From Actinomycetes bacterium (GTDB taxonomy: Bacteria > Actinomycetota > Acidimicrobiia > Acidimicrobiales > JAKAVM01), in NCBI GenBank assembly GCA_021827485.1, contig JAKAVM010000106.1:45277-109276 (forward strand): DNA of 64,000 bases, given 5' to 3'. A program made the position numbers and the translations under genes. Shown in pieces: positions 1 through 7,948 of this stretch. The notes below the pieces were generated by a model that saw only the letters and a program-made list of their open reading frames with translations, was not told the origin of the DNA and made no database searches. How positions within the stretch are numbered: position 1 is the first letter of the stretch; every line of letters begins with the position of its first letter.

Positions 1-455
1 AAACAAACCTCTTGGCGCTGAACGCTACGATCGAAGCCGCACGAGCGCAAGAAGCTGGTAAGGGCTTTTCTGTTGTTGCGAGAGAAGTGAAGGAATTAGC
101 CAAAGAGACCGCAGAAGCCACCGAACAAATTGGAGTAATTATTAGCCAAGTCCAAGAGCAATCCAGGAATGTTGTCTTATCAATTGATCAGATTACAGAC
201 GTAATTACTAGCATTGATGAGCATCAAGGATCAATCGCGTCAGCCGTCGAAGAACAAGCCGCTAGTACTGATGAGATTGCACGAACAGTTTCTATTGCGG
301 CGAAAGCAATTTCAGACGTTTCGGCAAACGTTACTGACGTTGCCCAGGCTGCCGAAGAAACTACTAAGGGTGCCGTCCAAATTCAAACTTCAGCAGAAGA
401 ACTTGCAAGGCTTGCCGTCGAGTTGCATGAAATGTCGCAAGTATTTACCTACTAA
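1..455 (+). CDS. Methyl-accepting chemotaxis protein, C-terminal signalling-domain fragment (5' end outside window)
   Basis: Frame is open from base 3 ([36 protein letters not shown]...), which is the conserved MCP signalling-hairpin motif. Stop at 453-455. Confidence 0.85.
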   Translation, partial: TNLLALNATIEAARAQEAGKGFSVVAREVKELAKETAEATEQIGVIISQVQEQSRNVVLSIDQITDVITSIDEHQGSIASAVEEQAASTDEIARTVSIAAKAISDVSANVTDVAQAAEETTKGAVQIQTSAEELARLAVELHEMSQVFTY

Positions 456-473
456 AATCCCAGCTCGGTAAGA

Positions 474-704
474 TTAGTAGGACTGATCAGAGAGCCGTGA
501 GTTCATTATACTTGCGAGGACCCTATCTAGCTCCTCGTATAACTTAGGTTGCTTAGGAGCGCTAAGGAACGTCCAAATACTTACGCACAGAAAGGCGATT
601 GCGTAACCGATTATGGTTACTAGACTCAGTAAGGCGGCAATTCCAGCTATAAAATATAGAACGGTAGACATACTTCTATTGTGACCAATGGGTAGGTGCG
701 GCAA
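474..704 (-). CDS. Small two-TM membrane protein, unknown function (last gene of the NrfCD/cupredoxin operon)
   Basis: 76-aa ORF with hydrophobic stretches (VLYFIAGIAALLSLVTIIGYAIAFLCVSIWTFL). Same strand as the upstream gene, 32 nt downstream of it. No recognisable motif. Confidence 0.35.
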   Translation of the reverse strand: MPHLPIGHNRSMSTVLYFIAGIAALLSLVTIIGYAIAFLCVSIWTFLSAPKQPKLYEELDRVLASIMNSRLSDQSY

Positions 705-736
705 ATCCAGGAAACCCGCAGAATTTATCCGAAATC

Positions 737-1705
737 CTACGGTAGAGAAAAACGCGTGAATTTACGGGTCTTTGAGCGCAGTATTGAAATGCTAGGCAGT
801 TCAAGCCCAGCTGCTAGGGCCAGTAGGACAATAAGGGGTCCTGTGTTCGGGTCAGTTGCAGTTCCGGTTAGGATTCCACCAAATGACTGGCCAAAGACCC
901 AGTAAAAGAGCGCGATAACAGATCCTAGTACGAGAAAGAGAGAACGGTGCCTTCCAATGAAGACCCCAGAGGCAATCAATAACTGAATTGCACTTAGAAC
1001 TACCGCAATTTCAATTCCACGTCCGCGTGAAATATTGATAATAGGTTGTTGAATTGCTCTCAACCAGCCAGGTTGACCGCTTTGGGCGGAGGTGAATGCC
1101 GACGCAATTGAGTTCTTGGAGGTATTCCCAGGGAGAAGTAGGAGCACAGTGTTGGTCAACCATAGAAGTGCCCACATAATTGCTCCCAAGAACACCCGTT
1201 CAGCAATCCTGCTACCGCCTTCGAAAGTGGCACCTAGCTCGAAAGTGGGCACGTCTTGACTAGGGAGGATCGGCATCTTCGTGTCAGGCCACACAAGAAC
1301 CGCAATTAGCGTATAGATGATCACTGCACCTGGGGCTCCTGTCAACGGCGTGGCGCTTCCGGTAAGTATTCCACCGAACCCTTCAGCGAACCACCATACC
1401 ATCAAACTCCAAATTATGGAGATGGAGAGTGCTAGTTTTAGAGTCTTCCGGTGGAACATGCCAGCTCCAATTGCGAGCTGCATTGTCGCAAATAAAAGAT
1501 TCCACTCTGCAATATGGGAACCAATGAGACTGCTTGCCCACCGAATGGATGATGCAACAAAATTAGGTTGTCCTTGGGCCACTGGATCAATAACTTGGGT
1601 TATGAAAGAGTGGGTGAACATAAAATGTTGTAGCTGTAGTAGCCCATCAAGAAGCCAAACACTGCCCAATAGCATTTGAAGGTGGCGATTGGTTAACTTC
1701 TTCAT
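737..1705 (-). CDS. Polytopic membrane protein with internal two-fold duplication, unknown function
   Basis: 322 aa with many hydrophobic segments. The two halves share WWFAEGFGGILTGSATPLTGAPG versus YWVFGQSFGGILTGTATDPNTGP. Lies 13 nt downstream of the preceding operon gene. Confidence 0.6.
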   Translation of the reverse strand: MKKLTNRHLQMLLGSVWLLDGLLQLQHFMFTHSFITQVIDPVAQGQPNFVASSIRWASSLIGSHIAEWNLLFATMQLAIGAGMFHRKTLKLALSISIIWSLMVWWFAEGFGGILTGSATPLTGAPGAVIIYTLIAVLVWPDTKMPILPSQDVPTFELGATFEGGSRIAERVFLGAIMWALLWLTNTVLLLLPGNTSKNSIASAFTSAQSGQPGWLRAIQQPIINISRGRGIEIAVVLSAIQLLIASGVFIGRHRSLFLVLGSVIALFYWVFGQSFGGILTGTATDPNTGPLIVLLALAAGLELPSISILRSKTRKFTRFSLP

Positions 1706-1718
1706 GCAAAACCCAGTT

Positions 1719-2279
1719 TTACGGTGCCAGTTTGCTCATTCCTCTAACGACACGGAAAAGGGTGGTAAGCAATGTTACCCAAACGGCTGCAACGATGATA
1801 AGAAGAGCAACTATGAATCCTTTGCCGAAATGTGAGAGCGGATTTTTTTGATTTGCATTTGCAAAACTGACCGCCGGCTTCGATGAAATTACATCGTAAG
1901 AGGCGTTAGCAGTTATCTGAGTTGCGCCTGTTTTCGGATCGACAACAGTTGCGGTAAAGCTTTGAGTCCCATCCCAAGTAGGTTTATAGGTAATACTGGC
2001 TGTGCCGTCATTTAGAGAAGATACTCCAATAGGGACTAGATGTTTGCCACCGAACAACTTCGTGGTCACATAGAAATGGATTGGAGAGTTGAGAGATGTA
2101 TTGCTTGGCAGGCTTGCAGCAAGTGTTAGAGTATCACTTGTACTTGCTGGCTGTGTGACATTAAGAGTCAGAGGGGAAGCCACAACTTGTGCAAAGGCAC
2201 TATCCATTGAGGCAAGACTTACTAGGGAAAGAGATGCTAGTAAGAAGGTGGCTACGATATATTGTGATAATCTTGACAT
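1719..2279 (-). CDS. Secreted protein with N-terminal signal peptide and C-terminal TM anchor, unknown function
   Basis: Signal-like N-terminus (LLASLSLVSLASMDSAFAQV). Ser/Thr-rich, beta-rich middle. C-terminal hydrophobic anchor (FIVALLIIVAAVWVTLLTTLF). Starts 6 nt after the NrfD-like gene. Confidence 0.55.
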   Translation of the reverse strand: MSRLSQYIVATFLLASLSLVSLASMDSAFAQVVASPLTLNVTQPASTSDTLTLAASLPSNTSLNSPIHFYVTTKLFGGKHLVPIGVSSLNDGTASITYKPTWDGTQSFTATVVDPKTGATQITANASYDVISSKPAVSFANANQKNPLSHFGKGFIVALLIIVAAVWVTLLTTLFRVVRGMSKLAP

Positions 2280-2285
2280 CTTATT

Positions 2286-3761
2286 TCATATCTCCTCTGC
2301 TTGAATTTCAAGGCTTGTACTCGTTGCGAGCTGGGCTGACGAGCTAGCATGCACGATTTCTCGAATCCCTATCTTTCTCGAAGGATCTCCTAAGGATATC
2401 TGGTCAGAATGATTGAAATCTTTCAAAGATTGGAGTTTCTCCTCTAAGAGTTTGGTTTCATGATCTACTATTTCTTCCATCTCGGTAATCGACAGGATAG
2501 GAACTACACGGAAAACAAGGAGTAGTAGAAGTGGGATGGCAGCAACTCCAGCTAAAGTTACTGAAATCGATATCCAGGTAAAGTGATAAGAGCCGAATAG
2601 TCCAGATACCCGTCCGTAATTAGCTGGTCCAACAACCATGATAATTCTCTTGAGCCATAATGATGCATCCACTAATGCAGCCCCAATGAGTATTGTCCCA
2701 ATTCGACGGGTCCAAGGTAGTGCCATAATCAAGACGGGGAGAATGCACCCCCCAAATACAAAGAGCCAAAACCAGAGGGCATATCTACCGATAATAACTG
2801 CCGCAAATACGCTAACGACGCCATGTTCGCCCACATAACTTCCCGGCAGAAAGTCAGCAACCGTAAGATAAAGGTAAGTAGCACCAAAAGGAACTAAAAT
2901 TAATCCTAACCGTACAAAATGTCGTTCATTGATATAGTCTTCAAGATGATAGATCTTGCGAAAAAGTGCAACGATCAGTATGACTAAAGCGATCCCGGAG
3001 TAAAGGGCAGCCACAACGAAGTAAGGGGCCCAAATACTCTCATGCCACCAGGGCCGACTTGTAAGGGAAAAGGCCCAAGATAGGACTGAGTGAACCGATA
3101 CGGCAAGTGGGATTATCAAGATCGCAATCAGCCCAATTGAGCCATTGAGCAACTTACGCTGCCTGGTGTTACCGTTCCATTTCCAGGACATCTTACTATA
3201 AATTCGCGCAAGTCGGTTTCGACCTTTGTCGACTAATTGTTCGTGGCCGACAGATAAATCGGGTAATAGCGGTAAATAGAAGAATACGATAGATGCAAAT
3301 GCATAGGTCGATATTGCAATAAAGTCCCAGAAGATTGGTGAGGAAAGGTTAGGGCGATATATAAGTTCCAAAAACCGTTCCGGTCTTCCAAGGTGGGGGA
3401 ATATAAATGAAGCCCCAATTAGAACTGTTACTACTGCCGTTGCTTCTGCTATACGGGTTAGCGGCGCTCGCCAAGTTGCACCAGTAAGCCTGAGAATAGC
3501 CGAAACAACAGCACCTCCGTAGCTAACGCCCACAAAAGTTACAACATTGGCTATATAAATTGCCCAAAAAGCGTGATTGTTGTAACCAGCTGAACCTAAG
3601 CCGCGATGGACCTGTATTATCCATGCGACGATTCCCCAGGCCACGATAGCAGCCAAGATGCAAACTGCAAGCCAGTAGCGTTTTCCTGGCTCGAAGACGG
3701 GGCGCATAGCAGCTTTCCTCAGATGTGCAATTGGCGCTATATTACTTGTCGTCGTTGTCAC
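2286..3761 (-). CDS. NrfD/PsrC-family polytopic quinone-interacting membrane subunit
   Basis: 491 aa. The N-terminal region WLAVCILAAIVAWGIVAWIIQVHRGLGSAGYNNHAFWAIYIANVVTFVGVSYGG is typical of NrfD/polysulfide-reductase membrane subunits. Multiple TM helices. About 80 aa of polar C-terminal tail. Confidence 0.85.
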   Translation of the reverse strand: MTTTTSNIAPIAHLRKAAMRPVFEPGKRYWLAVCILAAIVAWGIVAWIIQVHRGLGSAGYNNHAFWAIYIANVVTFVGVSYGGAVVSAILRLTGATWRAPLTRIAEATAVVTVLIGASFIFPHLGRPERFLELIYRPNLSSPIFWDFIAISTYAFASIVFFYLPLLPDLSVGHEQLVDKGRNRLARIYSKMSWKWNGNTRQRKLLNGSIGLIAILIIPLAVSVHSVLSWAFSLTSRPWWHESIWAPYFVVAALYSGIALVILIVALFRKIYHLEDYINERHFVRLGLILVPFGATYLYLTVADFLPGSYVGEHGVVSVFAAVIIGRYALWFWLFVFGGCILPVLIMALPWTRRIGTILIGAALVDASLWLKRIIMVVGPANYGRVSGLFGSYHFTWISISVTLAGVAAIPLLLLLVFRVVPILSITEMEEIVDHETKLLEEKLQSLKDFNHSDQISLGDPSRKIGIREIVHASSSAQLATSTSLEIQAEEI

Positions 3762-3784
3762 GTGATTAATCCTTCTCTACTTTC

Positions 3785-4666
3785 CTAGCTTGAGGCCGAG
3801 TCATTATTGAGGTCTTGTCCATGACCGGGTATGTACCAAACTCGCGGATTGGTTCCGTATTCTTCTTGAAACCTGTAAGCATCATTGTTGCGCAAAAAGT
3901 CTGAAAGTTTTACAACATTGCCAGCGCTATTGATCGCTGCATCTGTGGTTAGATCCCCAATGTAGATGACACCCATCGGACATCCAGCTACGCATGCCGG
4001 TAGCTCCCCATGTGGGAGCCGATCCGCGCACCAGACACACTTACCTACGGTGTCTTTGATCTGAGGCACAGGCCATTCAGGTGACTGTTTCATTCCCGGA
4101 ATCTTGGTGGCAGGAGGGGGAGTAGTCCAGTTGAAGTACCTTGCCTCATAGGGACAAGCAGCCATACAAGTTCTACATCCGATACATGCCTCTTGGTCAA
4201 CCAGGACCAACCCTTCGTCTGTCCGGAAGGTGGCCCCAACCGGACAGACATACATACATGGCGGGTCTTCACACATCATACAAGGGCGAGCCATATGGTA
4301 TGTTTGACCCGCTGAACTTTGCATCGTGTAAACCTTTATCCATGTTTGCTCAGAGGTAAGTGAGTGCCTTTGTTGACAAGCCATTGTGCAAGCCTTGCAT
4401 CCGTCGCAGTTGCGAAGATCAAAGACCATCGCCCACTGGTGAAGGCTGGATGTGCCAGTACTTGCCGTCCCTTGTGCTTGGGCACTTTGAGCAAAAAGTT
4501 CAATAACACTTGTTGCAGCGATCGTAGTTGCACCCAGGGTTCCTATGCCCCCAAGAAATGCTCGACGGCTCAATGGGCCTCGTGCCGGCAGATCAGATGT
4601 AGAATCAACTTGGCGCTGTCGGTGGCTTGAAATCTTTACTCGTGTATATTCGTTATTTAGCATCAA
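3785..4666 (-). CDS. Tat-exported 4x[4Fe-4S] ferredoxin-type subunit (NrfC/PsrB/DmsB-like)
   Basis: Twin-arginine leader SRRAFLGGIGTLGATT. Four Cys groups: CDGCKACTMAC, CMMCEDPPCMYVCP, CIGCRTCMAACPY, CVWCADRL..ACVAGCP. Confidence 0.85.
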   Translation of the reverse strand: MMLNNEYTRVKISSHRQRQVDSTSDLPARGPLSRRAFLGGIGTLGATTIAATSVIELFAQSAQAQGTASTGTSSLHQWAMVFDLRNCDGCKACTMACQQRHSLTSEQTWIKVYTMQSSAGQTYHMARPCMMCEDPPCMYVCPVGATFRTDEGLVLVDQEACIGCRTCMAACPYEARYFNWTTPPPATKIPGMKQSPEWPVPQIKDTVGKCVWCADRLPHGELPACVAGCPMGVIYIGDLTTDAAINSAGNVVKLSDFLRNNDAYRFQEEYGTNPRVWYIPGHGQDLNNDSASS

Positions 4667-4677
4667 TTTCTCCCTGC

Positions 4678-5322
4678 TTAGGCGACAGTTAGAGTGCCTT
4701 TCATGTAACCGGGCGTTGCCATTGCTCCACCCATTCCATCAGAACCACTTCCACACGGGTCAAGACATTCCCAATTGAAAGTGCCAGAGTGTGATGCAGT
4801 GAACGTGAATGTAACAGTTACGGGCATATATTCTCCGCTACCTCTTGCTGGAGCTGCAGGGATAACTGCATTAATCCCTAGGCTAGGAATTGTAAATGTG
4901 TGTGCTATCTCGGAATTCGACATACTAGTGATCGGGCTTCCGCCAATTGTTTCAGTTCCACCTGATACTTTTAGATATGGAGAGCTGGCATTTGGGAAGG
5001 GAGTTGGACCATCGTCATAACTAATGATTGTTAGGACTACCCGAGCACCTGCCGGGACTGTCATATCGGCAGGAACGTACTTGGGACCTTGAGCAGGTCC
5101 TGCGCTATTATTGATCATTCCACCAGTTAGTATCGTCGTATAGAGATGCACGGTAGGTGGAGCGCTTTGAGCGGAAGCACTATTGCCTGTGTTGGAAGAG
5201 CTTGATCCACAGGCGGAAACTGCTATTGCTAGAGCACCAGTCGCAAAAAGAGCAAAGAGTGGTAATCGACGCAAGCGTCTGCCAATTCGCCCGCTGTGCA
5301 ATTGCTTATTGGAATGAATCAT
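4678..5322 (-). CDS. Cupredoxin-like lipoprotein (first gene of operon)
   Basis: Lipobox-like AIAVSAC followed by a Ser/Gly linker. Cupredoxin-style segments YVPADMTVPAGARVVLTI, HTFTIPSLG and C-terminal GTFNWECLDPCGSGSDGMGGAM..GYMKGTLTV. The fold call is from motif resemblance only. Confidence 0.5.
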   Translation of the reverse strand: MIHSNKQLHSGRIGRRLRRLPLFALFATGALAIAVSACGSSSSNTGNSASAQSAPPTVHLYTTILTGGMINNSAGPAQGPKYVPADMTVPAGARVVLTIISYDDGPTPFPNASSPYLKVSGGTETIGGSPITSMSNSEIAHTFTIPSLGINAVIPAAPARGSGEYMPVTVTFTFTASHSGTFNWECLDPCGSGSDGMGGAMATPGYMKGTLTVA

Positions 5323-5452
5323 TTATGAAGCTCCTTTGTTGATCACGATTATCATTGAGAAACTTTCAATCCTAAATACATGTGAGGACTACATCTGAAA
5401 GCTACTCAAGTTATTAGTATCACTAGTTTGAAATAGAATCGCTAGGGGGCAC

Positions 5453-5474
5453 TTACGGTAATTGATTACCGTAA
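5453..5474. promoter_or_regulatory. Perfect 10-2-10 palindrome TTACGGTAAT-TG-ATTACCGTAA in the divergent promoter region; candidate operator
   Basis: Read directly from the sequence. It contains a 7-2-7 inverted-heptamer core, the geometry used by NarL-family regulators. It lies between the cupredoxin operon and the NarL-type response regulator. Confidence 0.5.
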
Positions 5475-5645
5475 TTGCCGAGTTAGTATGATGTAACTAA
5501 TTCCGACATATTTTGCTATTGCCATAAGTTCCTAGTGCCTTAATAGCCTTTTGGGTGGATATGGGACCAATGGCACTTGTATAAAGAGGCCTATATTGGT
5601 AAGACGGTTAATAGAGATCTATGAACCTAAAGACACTAGACAGTA

Positions 5646-5664
5646 GAATTACGGGCCGTAATTC
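5646..5664. promoter_or_regulatory. Second palindrome GAATTACGG-G-CCGTAATTC sharing the TTACGG/CCGTAA half-site
   Basis: Read directly from the sequence. A third TTACGG sits in CTTAC-GGT-GTAAG at 5700-5712. All lie upstream of the preferred response-regulator start at 5726. Confidence 0.4.
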
Positions 5665-5725
5665 CGTAGATAACCCCATGGTGAATAGGCAACTTATACC
5701 TTACGGTGTAAGTGTGGAAAATATC

Positions 5726-6409
5726 ATGGTTGAAAAGCTGGAGAATACCCGCTCAGTCATTACCGTTGCATTGGTCGAAGATCATTGCATGGTCAGAGAG
5801 GGGACACGCGACCTTCTAGAGAAGAGTCCTGGTATTGAAGTTATTGGTGAAGCTGGAACTGGCGATCAAGCAATTCACCTACTCGACTACCTAGTTCCTG
5901 ATGTCATGATAGTTGATATTCAGCTCCCCGATATGTCTGGAATTGAAGTTGTAAGGGCATCGATCAATAAGTCGCCACGTATCAAATGCGTTATATTATC
6001 GGCATACGATGACTATGTATTTGCTGCTGAAGCTCTCGATGCAGGGGCACATGGTTATCTCTTGAAAACTATTGGAATTGCTGAGTTGATTGGTGCAGTT
6101 CACGCTGTTGCCGCAGGTTCAACCGTATTAGATGAAGCAATTTCTCGCAGGTTAACCAAGCACTGGCATCATTATGATCGCCCTCCAGCCGAGGAGTTGA
6201 CACGCAGAGAAGTAGATGTGATGAAGATGCTAGCTCAAGGTAATTCCAACAAGGAGATTGCTCACGAACTGAACCTTGGCATTCGAACAGTGGAAAGTTA
6301 CGTATCAAACATTCTTTCAAAGTTTGGAGTACGTTCCAGGACTGAGGCAGTTGTTTATGCGCTGAACAATCATATTATCTCGTCGGATAATATTGAACTT
6401 TCCAAGTGA
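5726..6409 (+). CDS. NarL/LuxR-family response regulator (REC + LuxR HTH)
   Basis: The REC domain starts at ITVALVEDHCMVREG..DVMIVDIQLPDMSG. The C-terminal LuxR HTH is LTRREVDVMKMLAQGNSNKEIAHELNLGIRTVESYVSNIL. The ORF is open from 5621. 5726 (MVEKLE..) is preferred because it leaves the usual short leader before beta-1, but the start is uncertain. Confidence 0.9.
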   Translation: MVEKLENTRSVITVALVEDHCMVREGTRDLLEKSPGIEVIGEAGTGDQAIHLLDYLVPDVMIVDIQLPDMSGIEVVRASINKSPRIKCVILSAYDDYVFAAEALDAGAHGYLLKTIGIAELIGAVHAVAAGSTVLDEAISRRLTKHWHHYDRPPAEELTRREVDVMKMLAQGNSNKEIAHELNLGIRTVESYVSNILSKFGVRSRTEAVVYALNNHIISSDNIELSK

Positions 6410-6437
6410 TACTATCGAGTAATACCGCACTTTCCAA

Positions 6438-7898
6438 GTGACGATTTCGGCCAAAAGTGCACATAAGTTAGGAAGTGAAATAGGCCAAGAATCAGTCTTA
6501 CAAGGGGATACCAGGGCAACATTTGCCGATCTATGCAAGCGCGCAAGCCACCCGCCGCTGAAAGATAGAGCTTTTTGGGTTGTACAGGCAATGGTTGTAG
6601 TGTTGGCAGCGCTGCATTTACTTGGAGATCTCGATATTTCAAGTGTCGGTAATATTTTTCCAACCAGCGTTCCTATTGAGCTACTTCTTATCCCGATCGG
6701 ATATGCTGCTATTCGATACGGATTATCAGGATCAGTAGCAACTTCCATCTGGGCTGCTCTAGCATGGCTTCCAGATTTGGCACTTCCAAATGAAGAAGGC
6801 CACCCGATCAACGATATTACCGAACTAAGTCTGATAGTTGCAGCGGCGATCTTTGTGGGTATTCGCGTTGAGCGGGAATTTCTTGAACACGAACAGGCAG
6901 TTCAGGCCAAACAGAATTTTCATGAAGCAGAAACACGCTATCGAGAACTATTTGAGGCAAATAGCTCTCCGATAATTCTTGTCCGCCAGGATGGAATAAT
7001 TGTTGGCGCTAACCATGCAGCGATAAGCGTCTTTCGCAATCAACTTATCTCTCAGGACGTCGCAATAATCTTTGGAGTTGCAAATCAGTCGATAATGAAA
7101 TCTAATCAAAAACTTTCTATCAAGGTATCAAGTGAAGGCGATTATGAACGCGATTATAAATTGCTTGTTAGTGAACTGACTTCAAATGATCCGAAAGTTG
7201 ATTCCGTACGGCAAATAGTATTTCAAGATGTTACCCAAGAGAGCCGAGAACGGGCCTTCGCCGCGATGTTGATAACTGCACAGGAAGAAGAGCGTATGCG
7301 AATTGCTAGAGAAATCCATGACGAACCTCTTCAGACATTGATCCATTTATCGCGTAAAGCAGAGCTCATATTAAACGAATCTGAGGAGGATATGAAGCAT
7401 GGCGAGTTCTCTTGGCTGCGCCAGGACATCTTGGGAGTGGTATCTCAACTCCGAAGTGTTGCAAAGGGACTTCGTCCTGCGGGACTTGATCAGCTCGGAT
7501 TGATTGCCGCGATTCGAGGATTGATAGCTGACATTGAAGACGAGTGTGAGTCCAAAATTAACTTTACAGTCAGAGGGGTTGAGCAGCGTCTCGGAGCTGA
7601 AGTGGAATTAGGCGTATTTAGAATCATCCAGGAAGCTCTCAACAATTCAATTCGGCATTCCTCGGCTAATACGATTCGTATTCAGCTTGAATTTAGTGCT
7701 GAAGTAATAAAGGTGCAGGTTATAGACGATGGTATTGGGTTTGAACGAGATAGAGTCAATTATGGTGGGAGCTTGCATATGGGACTTATGGGTATCGACG
7801 AACGTGCAAGTTTGCTTGGAGGAGGTGTCGAAGTAATCTCAACTCCGAAAGCTGGCACAAAGGTTTTTGCAACAATTCCACTAGATTCAATTAGTTGA
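6438..7898 (+). CDS. Sensor histidine kinase, NarX/DesK-type (TM region, PAS-like, HisKA_3, HATPase_c)
   Basis: H-box EERMRIAREIHDEPLQTL (HisKA_3). ATPase motifs IIQEALNNSIRHS, DDGIGF, GLMGIDERASLLGG. N-terminal hydrophobic helices. Start codon uncertain. Confidence 0.85.
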   Translation: MTISAKSAHKLGSEIGQESVLQGDTRATFADLCKRASHPPLKDRAFWVVQAMVVVLAALHLLGDLDISSVGNIFPTSVPIELLLIPIGYAAIRYGLSGSVATSIWAALAWLPDLALPNEEGHPINDITELSLIVAAAIFVGIRVEREFLEHEQAVQAKQNFHEAETRYRELFEANSSPIILVRQDGIIVGANHAAISVFRNQLISQDVAIIFGVANQSIMKSNQKLSIKVSSEGDYERDYKLLVSELTSNDPKVDSVRQIVFQDVTQESRERAFAAMLITAQEEERMRIAREIHDEPLQTLIHLSRKAELILNESEEDMKHGEFSWLRQDILGVVSQLRSVAKGLRPAGLDQLGLIAAIRGLIADIEDECESKINFTVRGVEQRLGAEVELGVFRIIQEALNNSIRHSSANTIRIQLEFSAEVIKVQVIDDGIGFERDRVNYGGSLHMGLMGIDERASLLGGGVEVISTPKAGTKVFATIPLDSIS

Positions 7899-7948
7899 GA
7901 CTTTAGACCCTTGTTTGTTGGCTGGTATTCCATAATTATTCATAACCT

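Noticed and set aside
1317-1679. 120-aa plus-strand ORF inside the 322-aa membrane-protein gene, and the similar 16872-17276 (+) ORF inside alpha2
   Set aside because: They are antisense shadow ORFs within genes that have coherent TM or cofactor motifs.
5621-5725. Using the ATG at 5621 as the response-regulator start
   Set aside because: It would add about 35 residues before the receiver domain, with no counterpart in NarL-type regulators. It would also place two TTACGG palindromes inside coding sequence. This remains possible, so the alternative is noted in the feature.
6317-6811. 164-aa minus-strand ORF bridging the response-regulator and kinase genes, and the 132-aa minus ORF at 24739-25137
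   Set aside because: Both overlap well-supported genes on the opposite strand (RR/HK, and CrtI-like P1) and have no motifs.
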